From assembly GCA_001643675.2 (NCBI GenBank), contig LSRY02000024.1, positions 62,001 to 126,000 of the forward strand: 64,000 nucleotides of DNA, read 5' to 3'. Under the pieces are notes generated by a model. That model saw only the letters and a program-made list of their open reading frames with translations, did no database searches and had not been told where the DNA came from. The DNA is from Monocercomonoides exilis PA203. Lineage: Eukaryota > Protista > Preaxostyla. Position 1 is the first letter of the stretch; each line of letters starts with the position of its first letter. Shown here piece by piece: positions 1 through 14,811 of this stretch. The translations under genes and the position numbers were made by a program.

Positions 1-808
1 TTTTATCAATATAATTTTAATATGCTTTAGTTGTTCTAAACTTTCCCAACTTGTTTTTTAAACATTTTTTCTCATTTCACACATTTTTTCAAAAAACGCG
101 ATTTCTGGGATATGTATTCATTTGTTTAAAAATTAACTGAAATGAATTAAAAAGAAATTTGAAATGAAATGATATCTCAAAAAAAAAACAACAAAATATT
201 TGTATATGACGAACAATTTTCAGATCAAAATTTTTATATGTTCTGCCATTTCGCTTCAAATTCTTGTTCAATTCTTTTTCATTTCAAAATTAAACAAAAG
301 TTTACAATAAATAACACCTTGTTTTTATTTTTTATGTGCTAAAAATTTGCACTAATTCATATTTGTTCCGAAAATCGTGTTTTTAGCAAAAACAATGATA
401 TGAGAAAAAAGGTCGAGAATTTAATTGAAAAAGTTAAAAACAAGAAAAAATAATAATATAGGAATGTGGAATGATGATGCTGTGGCTTAAAACGATCGGT
501 ATAAAATATTCGCATCATGGCCAGCAAGTCTTTGATCTGAGTACTAAAATAACAAAAAAGATGATTGATTTTTTGAACACGAAAACATCGTAAATTCTCA
601 AATCAGAATGCTGAGAAAAATGTCAATAAAACAGTTCATATATTAATTTATTTGAATAAGAGGGAAAGAAAAAGCAATCATCATCTTTTAAGTGCTAAAT
701 TTATCATGCAATATTTCATTCTTTTCTCGAAAATTTTAAAAGTGTCGTTGTTTGCAAAACATTAATTATCAGAACAGTCATTTTTAACGAATGAAATTCA
801 TTGAATTA

Positions 809-1849
809 GGGTGGTTTTTTTATCCGGACATTTTTTTTATCCGGACAAAAATTAAAAATTTAAATATCTCAACAAATATTCAATATTAATTTCCAGCAAT
901 TTGCACAGTTGTATGTTAGCATATATGACATCGATTCATATACAAAATTTTCATAGCAGTGTTGCATTTTTTTTGAAATAAATAATTTTTATTTTTGAAA
1001 ATCCGACTTTTGATGAATTTTTCTATTGAAACAAAATGTTTCAATTTATCCCATATGTATAAAACTTATTTTTTCCATGATATTAACAATTCTGGTTATT
1101 TTTTATTTTCCACAATTTGCTCTTTCTAACGGAATGAAAATCTATCATTTTTGAAAAATCATTGTCAATGGGACAACTTAAAAATATTTTTTCTTAAATG
1201 AAGGAGCATCTAACTGAAACCAACACTTGCATTAATTAATATAATAGTTATATAAAATTACCACAAAGTAATAATTAAAAATGATTCAGAAGGTATTTTA
1301 TAAGCATCATTTGTTTTCATAATTGATGATTTTTAATATGCAATTTCATTGAAATTAGAATAAAATTTATTTTTTGGAATCTTCACTGAATCATTTTTAA
1401 TTATTACTTTGTGGTAATTTTATATAACTATTATATTAATTAATGCAAGTGTTGGTTTCAGTTAGATGCTCCTTCATTTAAGAAAAAATATTTTTAAGTT
1501 GTCCCATTGACAATGATTTTTCAAAAATGATAGATTTTCATTCCGTTAGAAAGAGCAAATTGTGGAAAATAAAAAATAACCAGAATTGTTAATATCATGG
1601 AAAAAATAAGTTTTATACATATGGGATAAATTGAAACATTTTGTTTCAATAGAAAAATTCATCAAAAGTCGGATTTTCAAAAATAAAAATTATTTATTTC
1701 AAAAAAAATGCAACACTGCTATGAAAATTTTGTATATGAATCGATGTCATATATGCTAACATACAACTGTGCAAATTGCTGGAAATTAATATTGAATATT
1801 TGTTGAGATATTTAAATTTTTAATTTTTGTCCGGATAAAAAAACCACCC
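809..1849. mobile_element. Non-autonomous foldback/long-TIR DNA element (pogo/Tc1-mariner-like ends, TA target duplication)
   Basis: 809-1289 is the reverse complement of 1386-1849, apart from an extra 17-bp TTTTTTTTATCCGGACA copy near the left end. Spacer is ~96 bp. Ends read TA|GGGTGGTTTTTTTATCCGGACA ... TGTCCGGATAAAAAAACCACCC|TA. No ORF. Confidence 0.9.
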
Positions 1850-2485
1850 TACATAATTTCTAATGTCGATTTATTTATTATCCATCTTATGCATTTCAAA
1901 AAAAACTTAGGAATTAAACAACTTATATATTCGTTGTTCTTTTTCGTAAGTTACAAGTGTTTGATACTTGGGTTTTGCCTAATGGGTGATTATTTTTGAT
2001 GTCTCATTTTTCCTTTCAAAATATTCATAAGAAGTGTTTATCAGAAAAACGTGGAAAATAATTTAATTTAAAAAAATAATTATCAAGAAACACTTCACTT
2101 CATTGATTTTGATTTTGATGATTGTTGGATCAACAATTTCATAGAAAAAAACTCATTTATGAAAATACTCTTTTAAGAAACTCAAATGATAAAAATATTT
2201 CCAATAAATAATTTTTGTGACCTTAAAAATATTTCGATGACAATGAATATCACGAAGAACAAAAATAAAAAAGTCTTTCTGTTGGCTGTAATTGAACAAG
2301 ATCCTTCAAAAGATGAGATCATGATTTATTAAGCAATTGACAAAGAGAATGAGAAAGATGATGAAATTGATGATGGTTGTTGAGCAAACTGCTAATCAGA
2401 TTCTGAAATTTCAAAAAATAAAATGAAATTTCCTAAATAAATACATACATTTTTATTTCTTTTATAATAAAAATTTCTTGATTGT

Positions 2486-2726
2486 TTTTAAAACTTTAAT
2501 ATGGCTGATCCTTTTTGAAATCATTCTTTCGTTCGAGTTTTGATCAAAAATTTTATCCCAACTGGATTTATGATAAAATTTTGTTTCTGCAATAACATCA
2601 TCATAAACAATAAGTGTTCCCTATTTCAACGCATTTTCTTCAAAATCCCATTGATAACAAAATTTTGATCAAAACTTAAATGAAAGTTTGATTTCAAAAA
2701 GGATCAGCCATATTGACTGTTTTAAA
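2486..2726. mobile_element. Small degenerate MITE-like inverted repeat
   Basis: AATATGGCTGATCCTTTTTGAAATCA (from 2498) is matched by TGATTTCAAAAAGGATCAGCCATATT (ending 2714). Imperfect complementarity continues inward (GTTTTGATCAAAA) for about 90 bp. Outer limits approximate. Confidence 0.65.
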
Positions 2727-2854
2727 TCAGTTTTTATAAAAAAATCGCTGATGTGTAACTTTTTTTCATGATGCCTTAAAAGGTTTAACATTTTTACAAA
2801 ATATCAAACACAATAATGATTGAATAACGAAAAGATTCAAATTTGTTGAAGGAA

Positions 2855-2892
<38 letters not shown>

Positions 2893-3273
2893 AATAAATA
2901 AATGAAGATTACTTATTAATTTACATATTAAATTCTTCTCTTTTTTTTCGAGAGAAACATTTTAGACACTTTTGCAAACAGCTATAAAAGTTAAATTCGT
3001 TTGTGATAAGAATTTGAACTTGAAGAAATTCATTTAGTCAAAAAGACTATCATTTATGTTCTTATTTCATCAATAAAAAAACATAATCAAAAAACGAAGT
3101 GTCAACTTTATTTATATAAACTTGAATTGCAAAAACAAAAACAAAAAATAATACAATTCTTAAAAACTATCAAACTTTTCCATTATATTTTGAAAATATT
3201 GCTTATAAAATATAAATTAGTTTCTTTCAGTTTGAAAAATTTTTCTTTTGTACGCAATAAATACCATTCCAGT

Positions 3274-3817
3274 TCATTTTTTAACAGTTTTTGTGCCAAA
3301 TGCATTTTTCGTTGATGGTTGAACAGCTGGAATAGGGTCAAGAGCTCCTCTATAATTTGCAGAATAAATTTGACGAGATTGAATAAATTCTGATGCTTTT
3401 AATGTCGCATGTTCGTTTAATCTCATTGGATTACCAGCAGAATCGAAAAGATCTAATATTTTTATTTCTTCACACTCGCTTTCATTTTTATTTTGAATTT
3501 GTAGTTGTGAAGTCGTTATGGAATTCTGATTTGAAGCCTTCACAGATTTTTCTGTTGTTCCTGACTTTGAAACAGGAAGAAGCTTTCTTGTTGATTGCTC
3601 TAATTTTTTTTGTCTAGCCTTTTTTGAAGTATTTGCAATCCACGATTCTATTTCCTCCAAAAGGATTGAAACCTGAAAAAAGCATTATTAAAAATAAATA
3701 AGCATTTAGAATTACTTTACCAGAAAAACAAAAATAAACTGTACAATCAGAGTTAAACATTTCCTTTATCTCATCTTCTGTTGTGGAATTAGGAGACAAA
3801 ACATAAAAAAAACTCAT
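3274..3817 (-). CDS. CXorf65/C22orf15-like small protein; exons 3817-3740 and 3672-3274
   Basis: A GT-AG intron (3739-3673) joins MSFFYV...MFNSDCT to VSILLEEIESW. The pattern N.DC...LL..I ... LDL.D..G...L ... AS.F...R..Y resembles the CXorf65/C22orf15 family from memory. Gene model is good; family call is moderate. Confidence 0.6.
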
Positions 3818-3978
3818 CAGTGATAAAAATAATTATGTAAAGTTTTATATTCGTTTTTTTTTTAACTTTTCTCAATACCAAACACACAAAATAATGAAAA
3901 ATTTTCTGGGAAGGAAATAAATAATTTAATTAACCCATTTATTGTCTCATAAAAGAATAAAACATTATTTGTTTGGAT

Positions 3979-5142
<1,164 letters not shown>

Positions 5143-5454
5143 TTCTCTCTCTCTTTCTCTCTCTTTCTCTTTCTCTCTCTTTCTCTCTTTCTCTCTTTCT
5201 CTCTTTCTCTCTTTCTCTCTTTCTCTCTTTCTCTCTTTCTCTCTTTCTCTCTTTCTCTCTTTCTCTCTTTCTCTCTTTCTCTCTTTTGCTTTCTCTCTCT
5301 CTCAATCAATCTCTATTTCATTCTTTCTCTCCATCTCCTATTTATTTTCTCTCATTCTTCTTTTCTTCCACTTTCATCTGCTTTTTTTTTCTTTTTTGCG
5401 CATTTTTCATAGTTTCTATGAAGCCATTCACTTCGCCCTGAAAACAGGAAAAAA

Positions 5455-5546
<92 letters not shown>

Positions 5547-5548
5547 TA

Positions 5549-5579
<31 letters not shown>

Positions 5580-5615
5580 TTCTCTCTCTCTCTCTCTTTC
5601 TTTTTCTCTATCTCT
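5143..5615. repeat. Compound (CT)n/(CTTT)n polypyrimidine microsatellites downstream of Rab2
   Basis: CT/CTTT array with ~24-bp periodicity at 5143-5303; (CT)n-(CTTT)n-(CT)n at ~5458-5615. Confidence 0.95.
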
Positions 5616-6327
5616 CTGCCAATTCAAATCAACCATTTCACATTTATTGCCTTGTAAAGTGCTTAATTTATCAATTGTTTTATTTTATTTAAATATTTAT
5701 CAATTTATATATTATTTCTTTGCTGTAAATTTTCATTCCATTTTTGCGTATTGTTTTAAACTTCTAATACTTTTTTCTATTCTTTCTTTTTCTTTTTCTT
5801 TTCTTTATTTTCTCTTTCTTTTATAAATAGAGTTTTTCTATATTATTTCTGTTTTAATAATTATTCACTTTTTTAAAAGAAAGTGTTAAAAATAGCAAAC
5901 TTTGGAATTTTTTTAAAATGGAACATTCAAAATTTTTAGCTTCTTCTTCTTCTTCTTTTTGAAACTGTAATGTCATTTCACCTGTAATTCTTATTTTCAA
6001 AGAGAGTTTTGAATTAGCTCGATGCTTAACTTTTTTGTTCTTGTAAACACAATGACAGGCATTGAATTAATTAGTATATTTCTTTTTAATTTCAATTATT
6101 CTCATGTTTTTTTTCTTGATTTGAAGATTAATCATAAATTAAACTCTTTATGAAAAAGCCTGATGAATAAGGTTTCGAGAAAATTGTTTTAATGAAAAAT
6201 GAATTTTTATGATATTTAAACAATTTTTATTTATTCATATCATTAAATAAGTGTTATATGAAACATATTTGATAATCTTCTGCCTTAATTTATATTACAT
6301 AAATTGACTCATTTATAATTTTTATTT

Positions 6328-8000
6328 ATGGATTTTCTGGACAATCAGGATTTATCACACGCAAGAAGAGGGGTTTCAATATTTTTGTTTTCATTCATAT
6401 TTAGGATTATTTTAACAAACTTACTATTTTTGTTTTTGTATTTTGAAAAATAAATATAACATCTTTTTATGAATTGCACATGATTAATATTTTACATTTC
6501 AGCGTTCAACATCATTAGATTTATCAGGGAAATATGGAAAAATGTCTGAGATGGGAGGAATTGTCCAACCTCAAGAGATAATGAAGTATAAATGACATTT
6601 GACACCTTATTATTACCGATGCAAAAAATTCCAAAATATTTTGATTTTTATCTTATAGATTTCTTCATAAATTAGTGCAAGATCTTATAAAGCACAAGCA
6701 CGGATGGCCATTTGCTGCTCCAGTTGATGTTGAAGGGTTGAATATACCTCAGTATAGAGTTATTATCGAACGTCCAATGGACCTTGGAACTATAAAGTCA
6801 AATCTCGAATCTGGATACTATGGAGATGAATACCAAGAATGTCTTTCTGATATCAATCTTGTTTGGAATAACTGCTATCAATTTAACCCTCCAGAGACCG
6901 ATGTTTCGCTGATGGGCAAAGCCCTTCAAACGGTTTACATAAAGCGTCTCGAAAACAGCGGGTATTTCTCCGATGAGATTCTCGCGCAGGCGCGAAATCC
7001 GCACCCGTACAAGTACTTCAAGCCAGCCAACCCACAACCAAAAGTGCTTCCACAGAAAAAGGCCAACCGAAGTGGTCTGGCGACAACAGAGCAGAAGAAG
7101 AAAGCAGCCGCTCTCCAAAAGAGAGCACAGGAGATCCAACGGCAGAAAGCCGGGGCAGAGAACAAAGCGGGGCTGGCTGGTTTTTCTGAGCAGAAAAGGC
7201 GGCAGGCGAAGACGACCGCACAATTAGACGAGCTGCTCATCCCGTTTGAAGGGGATCGAAAGCCTATGGACAGCACAGAGATGGAAGAGCTCTTTGAGAA
7301 CATTCAGGCGCTGCCGGAGGCCTTTTTGGAGAAAGTGGCGCAGTTCATCCAGCAGGTGACGCCGATGAGCGGGGTGGAGGCGGTGGGGGACGATGTGATT
7401 GAGTTCAACCTGGACAGTCTGGATGTGCGTGTGCAGAGGCATCTGCAGAGGTATGTGAACAGCTGCATCCAGGTGATTAAGGAGGCACTGGCGAGTCCTG
7501 CAGGGATGATGATGATGGGAACGGCAAATTCAACAACAAATACGACAACAAATACGACAATGATGAAGATGGGCGTGGTGAAGGAGGAGGAGGAGGGGGA
7601 GAAGGAGAAGGAGAGGGAAAGGGAGGGAGGAGAGAAGGAGAAGGAGGAAAAGAAAGGGGAAATGAATGAGAAGAATGAAGGAGGGAATGGAGAAGGAGAG
7701 AAGAAGGAAGAGAAAGGGGTGATGGCAAACGATGAATTGAAAGGTGAACAAAAAATAATCGAAAATAGAAACGAAAAGAAAGAAAATGAAGGATTATCTG
7801 CTGTTTTTTCATCTTTGTCTTCATCATCATCATCATCTTCTTCTTCTGAACCATCTGAACAAATTGCTTCATCTCCCTCATCTTCACTCCATTCTCAATC
7901 AACCTCTGTCACATCTCAGATATCTTCAACAGAAGAATTAACTGCTCAACCCACTTCTGAACAGTTCAGCTCACAAAACGGAATTTCTTCTTCGCCTTGA
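6328..8000 (+). CDS. BET-type protein: single bromodomain + ET (NET) domain; exons 6328-6372, 6503-6585, 6659-8000
   Basis: Bromodomain: WPFAAPVD, YRVIIERPMDLGTIK, VWNNCYQFN (conserved Asn). ET domain: MDSTEMEELFENIQALP...IEFNLDSLDVRVQRHLQRYV. Upstream GT-AG introns splice in frame. Confidence 0.9.
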
Positions 8001-8373
8001 AAGCCAATTGGGTTTAAATGATAATTTATTTTATTTAATTTTGTTTTATTTTTTTGAAAAAAGAAATAGCTAGAATTTTGAAGATGTTAGCATATCGTAA
8101 TATTTTTTGTGAAATTTGGAATTTTTTTTATATTCAAATTGCAATTTTGTAGAAATTCACTTCATATCTACTTTCAATTTCCTCTTCTTTCAAATACAAT
8201 TTGTGTTTTGACTATTTTGAATCAAAAAATGAAATTACAAACATGAACAATTCTATGAAAATGAAAATTTGAATAAAAAAATTTGCATTATATGCTCTTC
8301 TGTTTTGTTTGACTCTTGGAAAAAAAATTTGAATATTTGGAATAATACCCTTAATACAACAAAGGATAAAAAA

Positions 8374-9502
8374 ATGGATTCTTCCCAACAAGATGTGACA
8401 CCGTTAGAAAGCATGTCAGCAGAAGTTGAAGATCGCAGTACTGCTGGAACTATTCCGCAAACCGGACAGTCAACAGTAGAAGTACATTTGCGCCCTCCTC
8501 CAGATGTTCCTGTTCAAAGTTCTCCAGCAAATCCTTCTCAGCCTCCTCCAATTCCAGTTACTCAACCCCCTGCAAATTTATATACACAACAGCAAGTTCA
8601 ACAAAATCAAATGCAAGTTTCACAGCGACCGCAGCAACAGCAGAAACAAAACAGCAAAGGATGCTATGATAATTGTAAAAGTTGTTGGACTTCCAAAGCC
8701 ATGAAAATATTGTCGAAAATTGCTTCTTTCTTTATCGGAATTGTTCTTATTGTTGTGTCTGGACTTTTAAGTTTTATTTTAATGATTGTTACAAAAGCGT
8801 ACATGTTTCCATATGTAATATTTTCTGTTTATTGCATGTATGAATATTTCGAATTTATTAATTTCCATAACCAAATTTGCTCACAATTTTGCGATATCAT
8901 GCAATTTTAGTGTCTTCGGAGCTGTCTTGATTTTAGTGGAAACAAGAATCAATATATTTGTTAAGACTTTTCTGTTCATATATTCATACTATCACAGAGC
9001 ATTCTTTATCATTTTGTATGTTTTATTTGTACTTCATGTTTGTAATGATGATTCATTTCTTTTATTATTTATTTGAAAATTTTTAAAATTTTTAATTCCA
9101 ATTAACCAACTAATTTGATTTTACTTTAAAATTTGAATGTGCAATTTATTATTTCAAATAGCACTGGCACTTTATCAATGATCTGTTTTCGTTCAATGCA
9201 GAAGTACCATTGGTGCGGCTATCTTTCAGGAGCTGTAATTATTGTCCTTGGAGTTGTATATCTTGTGGTCGGATGCTGCGATGATGGGTACAGACTCGAA
9301 CAACAACGATTATACATGGAAAATGTTGGGATTAAAGCAAATAGTTTGAAATTGCGTTTATTTTTAAGTATTATTTATTGCCTAATTTCAATGCAAAAAT
9401 CTTTTATTTTCTTTTTCTCAAAAAACAGTTCAAAGCAGCACCTCACAGAACAACGCTGTTCCTATGAGTAATGCCCCTCTTGAAAGTCAATCATCAATGT
9501 AA
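8374..9502 (+). CDS. Multi-pass membrane protein, COPI-associated/TVP15-like; 4 exons (approx. 8374-8837, 8911-9015, 9162-9343, 9429-9502)
   Basis: Pro/Gln-rich N-terminus, then TM segments spliced as Y.IVFGAVLILVE...F.F.YSYYHRAFFIIFTGTL...GAVIIVLGVVYLVVG, matching the COPI_assoc pattern. GT-AG introns keep frame. Confidence 0.7.
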
Positions 9503-9865
9503 GGATGGTTACAATTAATTAGTTATTTATTTTTAGAAGTTCTGATTCGTGATGATAATATTTTTGTTAATATTTTCAGTTGTTTTGTATTTATGTTTCA
9601 AAAGTTAAATATGTATTAATAATTGTTTTTTTGCGAATTTTTGTTGTTTAAGCAATTATGTCAAACATTTTTTATAATATCATATCAATGTTTATAATTT
9701 TTTTAAATTTGATTTGAGTTTTCTGATCTTTTATCCATTTCAAATTTCTTGGGAATAAATCTCTTGTGTAAATCTTGAGATTTATCGCCAACTTACAGTA
9801 AGCTGGGCATTCTTACCAGCTTTTCAAATTAATTAACTTATTTTTCTGTTGTAAAAGTTGCATAA

Positions 9866-12800
9866 ATGGGGGGAGACAGTTCAAAAGCCCTTCAACAGAT
9901 GATTGTGAATAGTGGATTTCATTTACCGGCACAACCAGTTCAAGGCATCGAAATTTCTCTTCCCCCGCAATTCTTTTGCAAGAAATATTTTCGACGCTTA
10001 TTTTGCTTATGGAGTGTGGAAGAATCGCCAGAAAAATGGAAACCTGTTTCTCAAGGATGGTATTTCTTTTTTTTATTTGTAAAGAAAGATAATAATTTTA
10101 TATCTACTTGGACAGCTGCTATATTCCAACTCTTGCTGATCTAGGGAAGAGAATTCGTGTTGAAATTTCACCACAAAAGTATTTTACCAAAGAAAAAGTT
10201 TATCCAAAAGATGCCTCTCAATCGAACAAATCTTACCTTTCAGATTTTTCAATGTCCAAGGCATCATTGCGTTCCATCATTCATGGTGAAGATCGAGACT
10301 TTATGGATCGCTTGTTGCTTAATAGTCAGGTTTGCATTAGTTTTTGTGTTCAAATAGTTTGCATTATTTCTTCAAAACAGTCAAGGGCCCCTCAAAACCA
10401 GTTCACAAATTTGCGATGCGTGCGCAGCAGGTCTCGTGGAATTATGCTTTTTACTTTTACGACCGAATCCGACATCAAAAAGCGCTGGATGAGTGCGATG
10501 CTGAAGGAGAAAGAAAGGATGCTTGAGCACACGAACACGATGATGGGGGGCAAGCTGAGACTGAGAGACGATGTGGATGTTCTGCCTGTGACAGACAAAG
10601 TGCTCTATGCGGTGCACGGAAAGCCAGTCTTTGTTGAGGAGAGTGTGGGGGGTGTGATATCAAAGGAGGAAGGGATAAAGCTGATGATCAGAGAATGGGT
10701 GATGAAGGGAATTTATAACGAAGCAAGGATTTCTTCAAGGAAAACTAGGAATCTTTCAAACAACCCTCAAGTCATATCAAAATCCAGTGTCCCACAATCT
10801 TCGTCTTTGCCGGCAATTCAATCGCTTCCATTATTCGACGTGTTTTTCAAATCGACGCTTTTTGCGCTCGATTCGCTTTTTTCCTTTTCGGCAAGCGACC
10901 ATCTTTCTGTTCTGTCGTTCAATTTCAATCCAAATCAGATCCCGCCCATTTTTCCTTTTCTTCAAAAAAGTTTGTCCGGAAACGCAGGAAAAGTGAATGA
11001 TGGATGTTTTAAAGGGTCTTATTTTAGAAGCGAAAAATCAAAGGAAAAAGAAAGAGAAAAGAAAGAAAAGAAAGGAGAAAATGCAGAAAACAGAACTGAT
11101 GAAGAGAATATTCCATCATATTTGTATTCCCCACAAAATTCTCTTCTTTCTTCTTCTCCATTAACCCTATCAAAACCTTCATCATCATCAATACCATCAA
11201 CATTATCTTCATCTTCCAATTCTTCTTCTTCTCCTTTTTCTTCCACTTCGCCGCATGTCATTCATCCAAACGATCATTTCACTCGAACTCCTCTTTCATC
11301 TCACAAAACACTTCAAAATTCTTCTTCTTCCTCCTCTCTCTTTTCTCAAGCTTCTATCAGAATTCATTCACCTTCTTCCTCTTCTTCTTCTATTTCTCCG
11401 ACATCTTCTATTTCTCCGATTTCTTCTTCTTCTTCTCGTTCCAATTCTCCTCCTTCTGTTCTGTCAATTTCTTCTTCCTATTCAAATTCTAATTATTCAA
11501 ACAAAAATAACAATATTAACATTTCATCATCTTTTTCTCCTTTATCTTCTTCTTCTCTCTCTTCTTCCTCTTCCTCTTCTTCTTCTTCATTTATTTCTTC
11601 TTCTTCTTCTCCTTCTTCTCTTCCCTTCCCTCTCCCTCTCTCCTGTCTCCCTCTCCCTCTCTTCTCCTCTCTTCTTTCTTCCTTCATCCACTCCCTTTCT
11701 CCTTCTCTTGTCTCTCTCCAGAATATTCCGGCAGTCGACGCTTATTCCCTCGCCCGCCTCCTTTTTGAGGAATACGAAGGAGTTTTCTTGCTGGACGGAG
11801 GGGTTGATAGAGAAGAGATAAGAAATAATTTTAATAATATTAATGTTTATAACAAATATATAGAAAATATTGAAGAAGATAGAGAAAATATTGAAATGGG
11901 GAATTTTCAAAGAAAGAGGAAAAGAATTGATAATGAAATGGGGAATATGAAAGGTGCTTATTTAGGAAGTTCGAAACAAGAAAAGCAACAAAAAAATATA
12001 AAAAATGACACAACATTTTCATTTTTAAGCAGAAATGTTAGGAAGAAAGCGAAAGATGGCAAAGAAGCAGGAAGAATTAACCAGAAAGAATATAACAACA
12101 GTACTTTCATTGAAGAATCAGAATCAGAAGAAGATTCTTATGATGATTATTTTGGAGAACAAGACAAATTTCTTAAAGAAGAAACAGAAGATGATTTAAG
12201 TGAAGATGAAGAAGAAGACATCGACCAAATGGAAAGCCTGCCAAGCGAAGAATCTTCTTCTTCTGACTCATTTTACTCTGAAAATTCATTTGCAGGAAAA
12301 AATGGTCTTTCACGCCCATACTCCGCATTTCAGTCGCCAGCAATGCGAATGTCCCAAATTAGGAACACTCAAGCACAGAACATCCGCAGGCAAAAAAGAG
12401 ACATTACCAGCGACCCATTTTATTTTTCTGCAAAGAAAAGACAATACAAATCCTCCTCCTCCTCTTCATCTTCTTCATCTTCTTCATCTTCTTCTATTTC
12501 TTCTCCCTCTTCTTCTTCTCCTTCTATTTCTTCTTCTTTTGGCGTCTCACGTGCTCAGAAAGGCCATCTTATTTTCTTCAAGCGCGAGGCATTCCGCCTT
12601 GTGGATGAGCCAATTGCACTCGATTTGTCTGAAATGTGGGTGCCGGAAAACAAAACAGCAGAAAAAGAGAGAGAGAAAGGAGAGAAAGGAGAAAAGGAGA
12701 AAGAAAAAGAAAAAGAAAAAGAGAAGGAATCAATTGAAGGAGGAATAAATAACAGCAATGTTTCTGATTCACAGACTTCAAATGTCACATCATCTTCTTC

Positions 12801-14772
12801 CTCTTCAACTTCTGTTAGATTATTTTCTGGACTTCCAAAAATAAAAGCATTGGGATTGTTTTTACAGCCTTTAATTCCAATTTGCAATTCTTCCTCAAAT
12901 TCTTCATCTTCTTCATCATCTTCTTCTTCCTCCTCCTCCTCTTCATCTTCCAATCAAGATATCCTTCCATTCATTTCTTCTTCTCCACGTCATCCAAACA
13001 TCTCCTGCTTTCCTTCTTCTTCCAATTCAAATTCAAATTCTTCTTCTTCTTTCTTCCTTCCTCGCAAATCCCCCTCCTTCGACCCTTCCTCTCTCACCCT
13101 CCCATTCATTTTTCCGGCAGATTCTTTATCTGCAATGTTTCTTTTGGGTGTGCTCTATGCGAATGACTTATTAACCCCGCCAATTATGATGAGCCTTTTA
13201 TTCGGAATGAACGCGCAGGAAAAGAAAGAAGAGCAGAAAAGAACAAGAAGATGGCGAAAACGCTATAAAAGAATGATTCAGAGCGAAAAAAGAAAAATTA
13301 TTCCGAAAGTCGACTTGCGGAATTATGGGCTTGCCGGCAAAAAAGATGTGCCCATATTTGCAAAGAAGGTTAGAAGAAAAGGAATAAACTATGTGAATCC
13401 AACCTTCTTGAAGAGTTATAACTCAAATTTGAGTTCTTTTAATTCTCCTGTTTCTTCTTCTTCTTCTTCTTCTGTTTCTTCCTCTTCCTTCTCCTCTTCT
13501 TCTTTAAATGCAACAACTTCTTCTTCCATTTTTAATTCTCAATCAAAACAAAATGAACAACAGCAACAACCAATGGACATCAAGTTGTTTTATAGAAATC
13601 TCGAAGAAGACACAAATTTCTGGCAAAAAGACGATTCTGAAATATCTTCATCATCATCTTCTTCTTCTTCCTCTTCTTCTTCTTCTTTATCTACCTCTTC
13701 AATTTCATCAAAATCATCATCATCTTCTTCTTCTCCTTCTCGTTCTTCATCCTTTTCACGTTCTTTCGCTTCATTTCATTCACTTTCCTCTTCTCCTTCT
13801 TCTCATTCTTCATCAGAAGAAGAAGAGAAAGAAGAGGAAGAAAAATTAACAACATCAAAAATTGATAACAATTTCAATGAAATTTCTTCTTCTTCAACTT
13901 TTTCTTCTTCCAAACACGAAATTCATAATAACCCCAATAATAATAATATGATTCTACACAAACATCGTCATCACCATCATAAATATAATAATAAAAATAC
14001 TTCCTTTTCTTCTTCTCTTTCTTCTTCTTCTCTCTCTCCCTCTTTCCTTCTCTATTCTTCTCTCTCTTCTCTTCGCTTCTTCTCTCCCAAACGCATTCTA
14101 ACCCTTCTTCCCAACATCATCAACCACATCCCCCTTCTTTCTCCTTCAAAAGAACAAAAAAACAATCAAACAGAAAACATCCTCTCATTCGAATTGAGCG
14201 AACGAAAAAAGTTTTTCGAGGCAAAAGAAATGGAATTCATTCAGGAAGAGCGCAAAACACACCAAGTCTTACTCGCCGTCTTCTTCACTGCCCACGAACT
14301 TCCTTTGGATGCTGATCCGACCCTTTTATTGGACACAAACCAGGAAATTGTCCGGAAACGCCATCTGCCCATAATTCCCCCGCTCGTCGCTGCCGGTAGC
14401 AGTTTTTCCGGCGCCGGCAAAAATTCCGGAAAAATTGCCGGTAAAAGTGCAGGAAACAAGCGCCGGAAAAAAAATTCCGTGTTTCGGGAGGCGGAGGAAT
14501 ATCGGGATGGAGAAGAGGAGAAATACGGGGCGAATTCGAAGGAAGTCAGCAAAAGCAACATTTCGCGGCGTGTTCGGGTGGAATTGACGCCTTCTACTGT
14601 TGTTGGGATGATCGACAAGTCGATTATGCCGAAGATGCCGAAGCTGGGGCCTATTTGGGAAGCGCGAAACGCGGAAGCGAGCAGAAATTTGTTTGATGTC
14701 CAACAACAAGGATCTAATTCATCATCAACTTCTTCTTCTAATTCAACTCCTCCTCTTTCTCCTTATTCCATT

Positions 14773-14811
<39 letters not shown>

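Noticed and set aside
2856-2903. Poly(A) tract as a retroposon tail
   Set aside because: No target-site duplication or upstream retroelement body is visible; A-runs are common here.
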